The position numbers and the translations under genes were made by a program. The notes beneath the pieces were generated by a model. It did not search any database. It had not been told where the DNA came from and worked only from the letters and a program-made list of their open reading frames with translations. A DNA stretch of 64,000 nt from a virus. Within the stretch, counting starts at the first letter, position 1, and the number at the start of each line of letters is the position of its first letter. The stretch is taken from the IMG/VR virus record IMGVR_UViG_3300044539_000111, positions 32,001-96,000 of that record; one strand, given 5' to 3'. This document shows positions 30,301 to 39,600 of this stretch, piece after piece.

Positions 30301-33300
30301 TTTAAGAGCAATGTCTTCCAACAATCTATCTCTTAAAACATTTTGCATTTCATCTAAGGTGCTAGTATAGTCTTGATACCATTGCCATTTTTTAGATTGT
30401 TTTAACTTATCATTTTTAGACAATGCTTCCCATGCATCTTTTTTGTTTTTCTTACCTGTGTATTTAAAGTCAGTAGGAACACCGCCATCTAAAATACCAA
30501 TCAAAGCAATTTTTCTTACTTGAGTTGGTAAAGTAATATGTTCTTTATATCCTTCATCTAAAAAAATTTGACTCTTTAAATACTTGACATGAATTACATT
30601 TGGCGTAAACTGAATATCTACATTAAATTCTCTTTTGCTTGCATCATAAAAATTATCAAAATCAGCAACAATCTCTTTACCTTTTTCTGTTTCAACAACT
30701 TTTACTTTTGAAAGAGAAGATAGTTTAGATCCAGATTCCATTGTCACATAATCAATTCCTTGCTCCATCATTTTTTCATGCATGATTTGCAAAGGAGTTC
30801 CTTCTATTAATGCAGGAATTAATGGCATCAATGAGTACTTATGAAATGCAGAATGACCTAAAGTAATTCCTAAATCTTTTAGTATTTTTTCAGATTTTGG
30901 ATTTGAAACATTACCATAGTACTGAAACTTTCTAACAGGAAATGTAGCAATCATATCCTCTTGTGTCAACTTAGTTCCCGCAAGCATTTTTTGATACATT
31001 TTTTCTTGAGCATCTGACCACTCACCAATTGAATCATTTAGTATTCGGTATGCATCAAATGATAACCATCCCTGGCCATCAGCTTCTTTCATGTTATTAT
31101 AATCAGCCGTGTCTACACCTAAAAGTTTTTGATAATGATCTATGTAAATAGAATTAGATTTAGCTTCTTTTATAATAGCTGTTTGTAAAAAACCAGTGTA
31201 CTCATAACTTAAAGTAATAGATGGTTTTTCTTTGTTATGTTTTTTAGCAAACCCGTAAGCATTGTACTGTGTGGAATTTATGTACTTCATCCAAACTCCA
31301 TCATGTCTAAAGATTTTACCAGTAGAAATTAGTCCAGCAATACGTTTGTGAAAAGCTTCCCCCTCTACATCGTGTACTGTTACATCTCCTAAAAACAAAG
31401 CATTGTAGTTCAAGTTTTGAATAAAGTTGTTCATCAAAAACACCTTAATCATTTTTTCTTTTACTGCTTCTTTGTTTTCAGCTTCAGATAACTCAGGATC
31501 TGATTCTATTTCTTTAGCGTATGATTCAAATAAACTGTCACCAATAACTAACTTACCACCTAACTCATCATTTAACTTTGTAGTTTCCTTTTTAAAGTAA
31601 TCAATCAATGCATTTTCAACTCTAGTTTTTAACTCTGGAGATAAAGCATCAATTGAAAAACTTCCTTTTCCTTTAGCATTTTCTGATTCAGAAATTACAG
31701 AGTTGATGTCAAATGCCAACAAGTCTTTTTTCAAGTTTTTATCAAAGCTTTCATCAAAAATTTTATCAAATACAAACCAGTCGCCACCACGGTTTAATTG
31801 AGCTACATCTATAGCAAGATCTTCAGGTTTAATCTCACCTGACAAAATCATTGATTGCAATTTTTTTATTTGCTGTATTCTTATAAGTTCTGCAGCTAAA
31901 TGATTTTTAAATTCTGTAAAAAGAATTTCTCCTTTGTATCCTTCAGCAAAAATCTTTTCAGATTCATTTATATTGATAAGAAGATTGGTATTCTTTCTTC
32001 TCCCGTCACTTTTAACAGCCGGTACATAAACAGTCATTGATGTTGACTTAGCTTCTGTACGCATGATTTCCTGTTTACCTTCAAGAGTTAAATGAAAATC
32101 AGAAATAAACTTTGATTTTTCATCAGTTTCCATTGAAGCAACACCGTTGTCATACTCTAAAGTAACGCGCTTGTCTGTAACATCTCCAGTTTCAGCATTG
32201 ATGTCTTCAACCCAGTATTCTTCTTTAGAAATAAGTTTTGATCCAGATAAATTTTCAGTGCTAATTTTAATTGAGTAATCTCTATTACCTCTTTTTGTTT
32301 TAGAATGGACAGCTGGATCTAATTGGAACATGTCAATCAGCCACCTAGAAGCAGCAGCTTGAGGATTTGTGTATGGATTTAAATACTCCAATCCTTTTGT
32401 GTTGATTATATCATTGATGTGATCAGCATTATTTAAAGCTGCAGTTAGGCTTAACAAACTTGAATTAAATGATTTCTCACTTTGTAAATCACCATTAGCA
32501 TTATAACTTGAAAAGTTTGTGTAGTCATTTGAGTAAACATAATGCAACTCACGAAGTTGTGTTAAGTAACCTGTAAGACTTGGTTGTGTTTGCAGTTTAC
32601 CAGTTTCATCAAAATACATAAACGGTTTAAACACATCTGAAAGACTTGTTATAAACTTTGCATTTGGATCTAAAGATGGAACTTTGTCTTCATTAAAAAC
32701 AACTTTACTCATTCTATTTTTTAACGCCTCAACAATATAAGTTGAGATTGCAGGACTTGTTCCTAAAGTTGAATCGCCTTCAAATAAAACTTGTCTAACA
32801 TCAGAGTCATCTACTAAATCAATACCAAGGGCCGCAAACAACAAGTAAGGATCAGCAATAGCTTTTACATAAGGAGTCCTGGAATATCGACTACTCTTAG
32901 ATCTGATTGGATCATATTGAGATTTTAATAATGTTTTACCACCTCCCTCAATTAAAGCATAATAAAGATCTTCGTCATTTGCTAAATCATCTAACAGTGA
33001 TTCAATGTCAAACACAGGATTACCTTCTTTGTTTGTTGATGAATACTCTCCTGTTAGTGCCATAGTTTTAAAATTAGCACCCCACTGTCTTTCTATTTGA
33101 ATACTTTGAGATTGAGATTTTCCAGACTTAGAAGTTAACTTGACAGTTCTTTCATCATCAATGTTTGTAATGTCTTCTCTTTCTAAAATAAATTCTCTCA
33201 ATAAAACATCTGCTTTATTAAATGACTGCCAGAAATCAGACCATTGACGGTGTTCCATTGAAGTCATAGTGTCTGCAAATTCTAACTCTGATATATCACC

Positions 33301-36300
33301 TAACCTTCTAAAGACTTGATCTATTTCTTTGTCATTCTTTGCCGCATCTTTTAATGCAGTTGCCATATCCATAGCATCCGGCATATTGCGCAAAAGCTTA
33401 GCCACTTTTGCAATAGCATTTTTAACAGGAAGAACTTCCTTAAATCCTAATGCATTCAATTGCACCACACCTTTACCTTGTTCAGAATAAGCAAAGATAG
33501 AATCTAAAAGAGCTTTAGTTCCTTTTTCAATTGTGTCATCAAATAACTGATCGTTACCAGTTCTATCCCACATTGGAACATAAATATCTTCTTCTAAAGC
33601 CTTAGCTTCATATTCATCCTGATATACTTCTTTACCTAAAACTAAATTACTGTAAGACTTTAAGAACAATGGAAGCAATGTTCTTTCAACTTGCTGTCCA
33701 TCATTTTGTTTTTCTTTAATAGCAACATTAAGGTCTGTTAGTTTTCCAAAATTATCAGGCTTAATTGCTTTTTCAAGTAGTTCTTTTTGGAATTTCAATT
33801 TAGTGCTTTCACTTAAATCTCTTGCAGATTTATCTTTTATATCTGCAATAGCAGCAATCTTAACATTTGTTTCAGCAAGTTTTTGTTTAAACCGAGCTAA
33901 AATATATTTACTCATAAGGTTTAGCATCTCTGGATTAGAAACTAAAGTAAATACACCTGCTCCACTTCTAATTGATGTTTCAGAAATGTTTTCTAACTGA
34001 GTAGCCAACTCAATATATTCCTGAGATGATTCAGGATACTGTGTCATTTTTGCTAATAATGTTGTAGCATTTTTTCTATCAGTTGCATTTTGAGAAACAT
34101 TCAAACCTTGTGTAACAAAATCAGACATTACTGATTTCATACTAGACATTACATCATGCATTTCCTCTAATGAAAATGTATCACCTGTTGTAGTTTTTAT
34201 TTCAGATGACATCCATTTAGTTTCTGCATTTTGTATGTTAAACATGTCCGCAGTAAAATCACCTTTAAACAATCTTGTAAACATTGCATCAGTAATACCT
34301 TGTGTTTTGTTAAAAGCTTTTGCTTCAGCAAAACTCATGTTTCCAAATACATTCTTTAAAAGAGAAAGCAATTTTTGAAAAAATGCCATTACTTTGTTGT
34401 TGCTAAATGTAGTTTTTTTACCACCAGCCATAGCAAACTCTCTAAACTTTTCAGCTAAGAACTCTTCTAGTTCTAAATTTGTTGCATCATCGTAAGGCAC
34501 AACTTTAGATACACCCTCTACAGTTACTGTAAAGTATCCTGGAGTTTTTCTAAGTGTGTCATATATTTCTTTTCTTTCCGCAGGTGATAATATTCCATCA
34601 AAATAAGCATGGAACGCTTCATGGTACAAATCTGTAGGTGAAGATCCAAGATATAAATTAATAGAGTTGCCAATAAAGTTTGCCAAATAGTTTGGACCAA
34701 ACTCACTGACTTTGTTTAAGATATTAACATTGACTACATTCTTTAATGGGCTCTTTTCCCACCACTCAGACACACTTTTGTCTTGTTCTTTTGTAGATTG
34801 AAGTAAGTTATTTCTTTGTGGAACTGACCGCCATTTGACATTATCAAAATCACTAGAATTAAAATCAGATTCTTCATTGTCTATCATAGCATCATACCCA
34901 TCTTTAAAAGCAAGGTAAGAGCCTAATCCAATTAATTTATTTTCAGCTGTAGGTACTATGGTTGTATAACCATGTTTTATTACATGTGAACCAATTGAAA
35001 CTTGTTCACCTAAAATAATAACACCATTTTCTAATTTAGTTGGAACTATATAAATTAAATCATTCATAGAAGCACCTGTTCTATTTGCAAAAGATCTTCT
35101 TAATCCAGCAGCCTCAAATAAGTTACCATCAGCATCTGTATAGTATTCACCCAAATAAGCTTCCTCTAATGATTTTTTTGGAGTAGGTTCTTCAGCATTT
35201 AATTTACGGTTTACAGGTTTTCCATATTTTGCATTAGTCCATTCTTTTAATTTTTCTAAAGTCAAAGAAGATGCTTCAATTGGTTTTTGGTTTAAAAAAC
35301 GCAACATCATTACTTTATCTTTGCCTGTCCCTTCATAGAAATATTCAAATGGATTATTAAGCCATGTTTTACCTTTTAATAAATTAGAACTATCAATAAA
35401 AAAATGAATAAGATCTTTTCTTAACCCATTAGCATTTTTATCTGAAACAACTCTGTCTTTAATTTTAAGTTCAGGAGTAGTTAAAATATGGTGCAACAAT
35501 TCTAACTCATCTTCTGTTAAAGTTGATAAAGGTTTTCCAAAAACTCTTTCTTCTTTGTTAGTATTTTGTACAGCTAATACAGGATAAAATTGATTTGTTT
35601 GAGGTGATTGTTTTAATGTAGTAAGCCCATCAGCCGCAGATGTACTAATATTTGATACTTCTGAAAGTGGTGTTTGAATATTTCTATTTAAAGCAATTAT
35701 ACCAATTGAACTTCTTGATAAGTCAATATTCATAAACACAGTAGTACCTGCTTTAGCTTTAGTTAAAGATGCTTCAAAAGATTTAACAAATTTATCAACT
35801 TGTGCTTTTGCTTGTGCTTTTGCTTGTAACTCAACTGTTCCTGATTGTATCAAACTTTGCGCAATCATTCTTTCTTGATACTGTAAAGCTTCTCTATTTG
35901 TTTTTACAGTAAATGCAACAAACTTACCATCCTTATTTAAGTTACCATCAGAATCAAAAGTTGCTACATTGTTGTTAGAATCAATTAAAATTAATACTGG
36001 CAAGTTTGGATCTGTAGTTCCTGTAGTGTTATCAAAGTTTTGTTCACTTTGAATTGCACCAAGTGTAGTAATTTTAAATTTTAAAGCTGCCGCATTTTGC
36101 TTGTTAAGAATATTCCGAGCAACCTTAAACTCCAATTCTTTTCTTGGATCTAAAATGTTTTCAGCATAACTATTTAAAATTGGATTATAAATGGCCTCCT
36201 GATTACTAGTCTTAGCCAACTCCATAGATACTGCTTCAAATCTATCCAGCGGATCTTCTTCTGTAACAACAACATCACTGTTGTTTCCAATAAATCCTCC

Positions 36301-36648
36301 AAATCTATCAATAACATTTTGGAATTTGTTTGTGCTTTCATCTTCAGCCGCATTCATCACTTGTAAAGCAAGATCTCTAAAAAGAGGTAGTGACTTTGCA
36401 TTTGTTAATTTTGGATTGTCAGAGGTGTGTTTTAATACAATCTGAGGAATAATGCTCATGTGTTGAAGCACCAATTCTTTATTTCTATCTGCGGTTAATC
36501 CATTTCCACTAAAAACAGTTAAAGCATCATTGAACAATTCATTCAATAATGCTTCACCTGATTTGTCATTTGTTAACCTCTCGCCTAATTTTCTATTTAT
36601 GAATGAACCAAATAATTTAATTGACTCCGGAGTAATACAAATATTCAT
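24307..36648 (-). CDS. Giant virion-packaged DNA-dependent RNA polymerase (crAss-like, phi14:2 gp66-type), 4113 aa, with zincin-like and accessory domains
   Basis: Catalytic SGADFDIDKL (DFDID at 29530-29544), RIPTQG, HKRIAGLIS, EADGQGW, HKYSLMPL, INGFVDVAKD; zincin LYHEAFH...EEFLAEKF. Confidence 0.9.
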   Translation of the reverse strand: MNICITPESIKLFGSFINRKLGERLTNDKSGEALLNELFNDALTVFSGNGLTADRNKELVLQHMSIIPQIVLKHTSDNPKLTNAKSLPLFRDLALQVMNAAEDESTNKFQNVIDRFGGFIGNNSDVVVTEEDPLDRFEAVSMELAKTSNQEAIYNPILNSYAENILDPRKELEFKVARNILNKQNAAALKFKITTLGAIQSEQNFDNTTGTTDPNLPVLILIDSNNNVATFDSDGNLNKDGKFVAFTVKTNREALQYQERMIAQSLIQSGTVELQAKAQAKAQVDKFVKSFEASLTKAKAGTTVFMNIDLSRSSIGIIALNRNIQTPLSEVSNISTSAADGLTTLKQSPQTNQFYPVLAVQNTNKEERVFGKPLSTLTEDELELLHHILTTPELKIKDRVVSDKNANGLRKDLIHFFIDSSNLLKGKTWLNNPFEYFYEGTGKDKVMMLRFLNQKPIEASSLTLEKLKEWTNAKYGKPVNRKLNAEEPTPKKSLEEAYLGEYYTDADGNLFEAAGLRRSFANRTGASMNDLIYIVPTKLENGVIILGEQVSIGSHVIKHGYTTIVPTAENKLIGLGSYLAFKDGYDAMIDNEESDFNSSDFDNVKWRSVPQRNNLLQSTKEQDKSVSEWWEKSPLKNVVNVNILNKVSEFGPNYLANFIGNSINLYLGSSPTDLYHEAFHAYFDGILSPAERKEIYDTLRKTPGYFTVTVEGVSKVVPYDDATNLELEEFLAEKFREFAMAGGKKTTFSNNKVMAFFQKLLSLLKNVFGNMSFAEAKAFNKTQGITDAMFTRLFKGDFTADMFNIQNAETKWMSSEIKTTTGDTFSLEEMHDVMSSMKSVMSDFVTQGLNVSQNATDRKNATTLLAKMTQYPESSQEYIELATQLENISETSIRSGAGVFTLVSNPEMLNLMSKYILARFKQKLAETNVKIAAIADIKDKSARDLSESTKLKFQKELLEKAIKPDNFGKLTDLNVAIKEKQNDGQQVERTLLPLFLKSYSNLVLGKEVYQDEYEAKALEEDIYVPMWDRTGNDQLFDDTIEKGTKALLDSIFAYSEQGKGVVQLNALGFKEVLPVKNAIAKVAKLLRNMPDAMDMATALKDAAKNDKEIDQVFRRLGDISELEFADTMTSMEHRQWSDFWQSFNKADVLLREFILEREDITNIDDERTVKLTSKSGKSQSQSIQIERQWGANFKTMALTGEYSSTNKEGNPVFDIESLLDDLANDEDLYYALIEGGGKTLLKSQYDPIRSKSSRYSRTPYVKAIADPYLLFAALGIDLVDDSDVRQVLFEGDSTLGTSPAISTYIVEALKNRMSKVVFNEDKVPSLDPNAKFITSLSDVFKPFMYFDETGKLQTQPSLTGYLTQLRELHYVYSNDYTNFSSYNANGDLQSEKSFNSSLLSLTAALNNADHINDIINTKGLEYLNPYTNPQAAASRWLIDMFQLDPAVHSKTKRGNRDYSIKISTENLSGSKLISKEEYWVEDINAETGDVTDKRVTLEYDNGVASMETDEKSKFISDFHLTLEGKQEIMRTEAKSTSMTVYVPAVKSDGRRKNTNLLININESEKIFAEGYKGEILFTEFKNHLAAELIRIQQIKKLQSMILSGEIKPEDLAIDVAQLNRGGDWFVFDKIFDESFDKNLKKDLLAFDINSVISESENAKGKGSFSIDALSPELKTRVENALIDYFKKETTKLNDELGGKLVIGDSLFESYAKEIESDPELSEAENKEAVKEKMIKVFLMNNFIQNLNYNALFLGDVTVHDVEGEAFHKRIAGLISTGKIFRHDGVWMKYINSTQYNAYGFAKKHNKEKPSITLSYEYTGFLQTAIIKEAKSNSIYIDHYQKLLGVDTADYNNMKEADGQGWLSFDAYRILNDSIGEWSDAQEKMYQKMLAGTKLTQEDMIATFPVRKFQYYGNVSNPKSEKILKDLGITLGHSAFHKYSLMPLIPALIEGTPLQIMHEKMMEQGIDYVTMESGSKLSSLSKVKVVETEKGKEIVADFDNFYDASKREFNVDIQFTPNVIHVKYLKSQIFLDEGYKEHITLPTQVRKIALIGILDGGVPTDFKYTGKKNKKDAWEALSKNDKLKQSKKWQWYQDYTSTLDEMQNVLRDRLLEDIALKEDTVNGQKTYTGDSSKLANYLREKLKSKEVLPEEISYLIKPDGTLIDDLSLSLISDKLEELLVTLVDKTLRRITVNGEALVQVAGTMFEKFQVTGGISVSEEMLKSSNQAALLKNGSNGLKFYFLQDEFGNEVLDNDGKAIVKGMDVKISLQGDFKKLLYTENVKGEKIAVYTEDENGKKVLDYNASLQRLNDAIKTTYWQNKYGELIKLPGVRIPTQGPNSLVAATVAEFLPEFAGPTIILPTEIVSQSGADFDIDKLFMMFMNIRNYNGSVEAVKYSSSNRTYEEIRESIEKEEPKLEKANTALQKNWKEYTDYLVEKEGLNEYVGAFYGEISDLQVDIDALYAEKKSVYENKDYDYEFQEKLHGELQKQIDEKVNQKLTLLSFAQSETNAFFDTVIKNKADRMAVVKENYLEFMSKIEKSQEAVDAIKVNIANFQRERDGKGVKGLENRFFDLLNERVLMNDNLKHLITPNTTKDTEGPSRDAGKLTKKNYNKIQKNGKISNTSIFEYRFNLLKHQENSVGKDSLGIAAVTSTFYALFTTFGATLQETSNEDQAKFVKALELLQDFGKANTPQYAAALKTVDTFSNKKLNFVTDAGTPGFNLNVEKNAITLGAMKNVDGLEISDILSQLINGFVDVAKDAWIFDAQGTKETAPVLLFMVMAGMNVTSAINMVNNPLVLEFNQVLEEYKGVFAALSEDYEKGKTDTLGKAAEVLSKKYANVFSDPTNVTKASSLGSFNRIANTAKPFTNEDIANRLGQEPNYRDMEILSHFLQIKQMAQALTDFTMVSKFDTQKISNISEAQARIESIEEFKLIPIAEKMIPDAWFDKLKDTPVGKFNNDEFIVDLFSKYFKLRNNKALILRSLDLKRPKGVDQRKLLADFKNDFLWFLYQNAVYNDNSYTTSPTKFIKGDTEKIDIVGKSYTLVEDASVEFGMDINEETGEVRYSPDVYFKEANMLEFMPFRKFFNNALPKEWVKFRLEYSNLSKVAETLTVDEFKEKFKVFDQPKRTFMNQGFEQGKLIILGRAALYNTGNVSAMFDISTGAASVVQNLKALYPELENYALFRDVKYDFNESAKKNNIYFPQVKDPQMASIYRENIQELKNSPHPEVKNFINKLNHLAIMQSGVNRASKYSMLPIIDQSYFEQAITNQIGLPYIYQVLDELQKSFDQRENRKEIDAQIIDQFKNLYQGMIVGTGMRMKVRGANYLVDKLKFSKDIKLKESKVRASNITKIPLAKAITAEQKELKLEYFYNDESMTPLAFAESIQNMEWVIRDQKFIAPEGKSQKELDKALLILGIDNSGDLPSLRYKTKNAKKGFLSVAQSNVFKEKFAIKDEAMANSATKAIGKATTPLNSKYESSSAAYAAALESFHPGTLAKPKSAKTEFVPTDKVWVFGSTITQNAYLGKKKEEFVTAVEKTFDAYHKPLIDKAVEAGVSSFFVGTASGIDDMAVKHLEGLGFKKVIRYSELGTYNEMISAKAFESVTDPMYDPKLTDTRTANSNVFNELLDILYDDINRKTPEWFTKLTQSELINNGKEIVKEQLRSIIADLDTSYKKNNYVGFRVKFINELKFSSGRIVVGKTLFDSLVEETLMEYRQAVLTSSAKLNQTPVPVKTKSAAQNIYEQLGDKTKSENVVLPSDLDVNTTYTGKNFWNDIVPEARSLFDNKMNRKTGKLKTMIIAFRGNSKKSFLQNYKDGLTLGNPFDWQDEQTSRDEAGKISTMKFIHWMTTGENLGNANATEEYRQAIINDIASGKIKGSSILYYQEKGYATHATALDYLINQHDWSAPTTQLSTGVVEKTDKIILRSELKANPATLYLFGDNDIRKGLGGQAKEMRDEPNAIGISTKKLPARGEEAYKSDKELQENKKIITEDINKAIAEWNTGKYSKLIIPQMGVGLAELPTRAPETYKFLQEELKRLEDNITQLKQAGSLTFNTLPFTAEQKQTILVNFAKKLTVSLQKEHTVADAKQYIEEALAKGNDLVQKIIIEKLKACYK

Positions 36649-36653
36649 GCTAG

Positions 36654-39600
36654 TTATGTTTTACATTTTGTTGTTTCTTCTTTCAAACTGGAGATGAGTT
36701 TATCTTCTGATAATGAATTAGCCTCTCCCATATAGGTAGTAAAGTTATTTAAAATATCAGTATAAGCACTCTTAATATAGTCAAATTCTTTGACTTTCAC
36801 AATAGAATCAATGTTTAAATTTGCAACATCAGTATTCACTGGAACTTCTTTTTCAATGCCATTTAAAAATGCATCTATTTCAAAATTCAAATACTCAGAC
36901 AAGTTATTTACATCTTGCAACACTACCATTCTTTTTTGATACCCCGCAATTCTATAAACTTTACCATTAATTTGAACAGACTTTCCTCTGTAGTGACCTT
37001 CAGATATTTTAGCTCTAATTATTGCCTCATTCCTATTTTCAGTTTTTTCACCAAAAGCAAATTTGCCATTAGTTACTAATCTAAATACAGCAGCTGCAAA
37101 AGCAATATCTGTTTTCTTATCCTTATTTAAATTATCCCAAGCATATTCAATTGCATTTGGTAAAGCGCCTCGCGTTGGAATAGAAGCCAAAGAATCCAAT
37201 TCATCTAAGTATAAATCAACTTCTGTTTTTTCAGGTTTTTCTGTATCCTTATTTTCAAATATAGATTCTGTGTCAGTTTCTTCTTCAACCTCTTCAACGT
37301 CTTCTTCTTCTGAACCAACTTCTTTTAACTCGGATCCTGCATCTGATAAATCATTTTCATCACCTGTAAACTCATCATTTAGTAATTCAAATTCTTGAGA
37401 ATTGTAATACTCATCTAATAATTTTGCTTCAGATTCTAATGCTTCTTGACCTTCTTCAGTTTGTAAAAACTTTAAGTGAGCAAGATATTCAGCTGATTCA
37501 TCTGCAGACATTCCTTTTTCTTCTAGCTCTTGCAAAAACAATCTTTCATCTGCTTCTTCATTACTGATTCCTCTATTTTGATCTTCAGCTTTAGATTGAT
37601 CGCTTTGTACTTGATCTACTAAATTTCTAACAGCATTGGATAGACTTGAATACTTCATTAAAAAAGCTTCAAGGGCATTAGCCGCCATAGCACCATCTAT
37701 TCCAGTTGTAGTTACATCAAAATTTTGTGATTCTAAAATAGATACAGATGCACTATCAAAACTTGCTTTTGAATCCGCAGCACTTTCACTTGCTATTCCT
37801 TTCCAGTCTTTTACTTCAGACGCATTTTCTCCAAATACTTGTTCTAAAGCACTAGGCTTAATTTTTCCCCCCTGTAAGAAATACATAGCAATAGCTACTT
37901 CTAAATCAAAAGCAGAAGGGCTTCCTGTGTTTACTTCATAAGAACCCAAAATCTTTTTACTTGAACCATACGCTCCAGGAGGGGTTATTCTTTTTGTAGA
38001 TTTTACTTTTTGAATAACATACATGGAAGACATAGTAGCATTTTTACCAGAACGCGTAGCTCTAATTCTAAATTTGCTGTCAGCATTGTATAAAGCTAAG
38101 TTGATTTTATTAACCACTTCAGGATACAACTTTTTTTCTTTTTCTAACTTTCTAAATAAAGAATAAAGTTTTAAATGTGTAGTCTTAGATCCTCTTTCAA
38201 ACCCAAAATCTTTTGTGTTAAAAAACTTAATGTCTGTAATTCTACTTTTTAGAATGTCATTAACTGCATCTAAAAATTCTTGTCTAGGTAAAGTAAATAT
38301 CTCAGGATGATATGTAGTAATAAACTTGACCATTCCATTTTGTGGAATACGCATTTTTATTTCCTTGCCGTAGCTAGTTTTAAATGGTATAACAGGCAAC
38401 ATCAAGAAATCTAGATTACCTTTAATCTGTTTATTGACACGGGCTTCCTCTTTCTGTTGTTCTATATCTGCAAGCTTCTGTTCTTTCTGAGCTTGTACCA
38501 ATTTTTTATTGTTGATAAATGCTACAATGTCATTAACTGTAAAATCAATTAAGGCGTTGCTTTTATCTTTCAGCTTGGCTACAAGTTGGCTAATTTCTTT
38601 AGGAGAAAGGATTGAATAATCATAGTCCTTTAAAACACTTTTTAAAATGTCTTCATCACTAACCTTTGGTCTAGCTGCTCTTTTTTGTTTTTTAGCTTGA
38701 CGAGCAGCTATTCTATTTTGTTGCTGTTGTTGTTTTAATTTCAACTTAGCATCTTCAACTTTTTGATTATTTAACTTTAGTTCTTTAGCTCCTAACTCAG
38801 TATCTTGTTGATCTAATCTTAATTTAGAAAATGCAGAAATAACAGAAATGTATTTAGGATTAGACTTCATTTCAGCCTTAATTACAATAACATCTGCATC
38901 ATTTAATTTATTCAATGCCTTACCAAACAAATCAGCTAATTCATTTCTTAAACTTTGAGGAATATCCATCCAAGGAGTTTCACTAGAAATTATTTCATTT
39001 CCATTGTAGTCAAAAGCTGGAACATACTGTGCATCATTATTTAAAATTTCAGCCTCTTCACCAATTTCAGATAAACCAGCTTGTAAATTATTTAGTTGTT
39101 GATACAAGTCATTGATGTCAATAGCTAAAAGATTCTGTTTGTTTATTGCTTTTCTTTTTTGAATCAATGATAATTTACCTGTGTTTATTTCTTCAGTGAC
39201 TTTATCATACTCAACTTCTAGTTTTGCAATTTCATTTTTTACTGAATCAAGATCATCTAAAATTTCAGTCCTAGATTGATAAGATGTTTCAGCTTGAATT
39301 TCATTTTCTGGTTCTTGTTCTTCTGCTGGGATTTCTTCTTCAACTACAGTTTCTTCTTCAATGTCCCTTGAGATTTGTTCAGTAACCCAGTTTTCCGGTT
39401 CAGTAAACAAGTTTGGTTCCATTATTTTTAGCTCTCTATCTATGTCAGCAAATGTTACACTTCCATATTTATTAAATTTAGGATCTTGTCCCTTGTGAAA
39501 AGCTTTAACAAACCATTCTATTTCTTTGCCCTCATCATTTATAGCTTTTCCTATAGCTATTAATGGAACCCACTCACCGGCAGATGCCGCAGTTGAACCT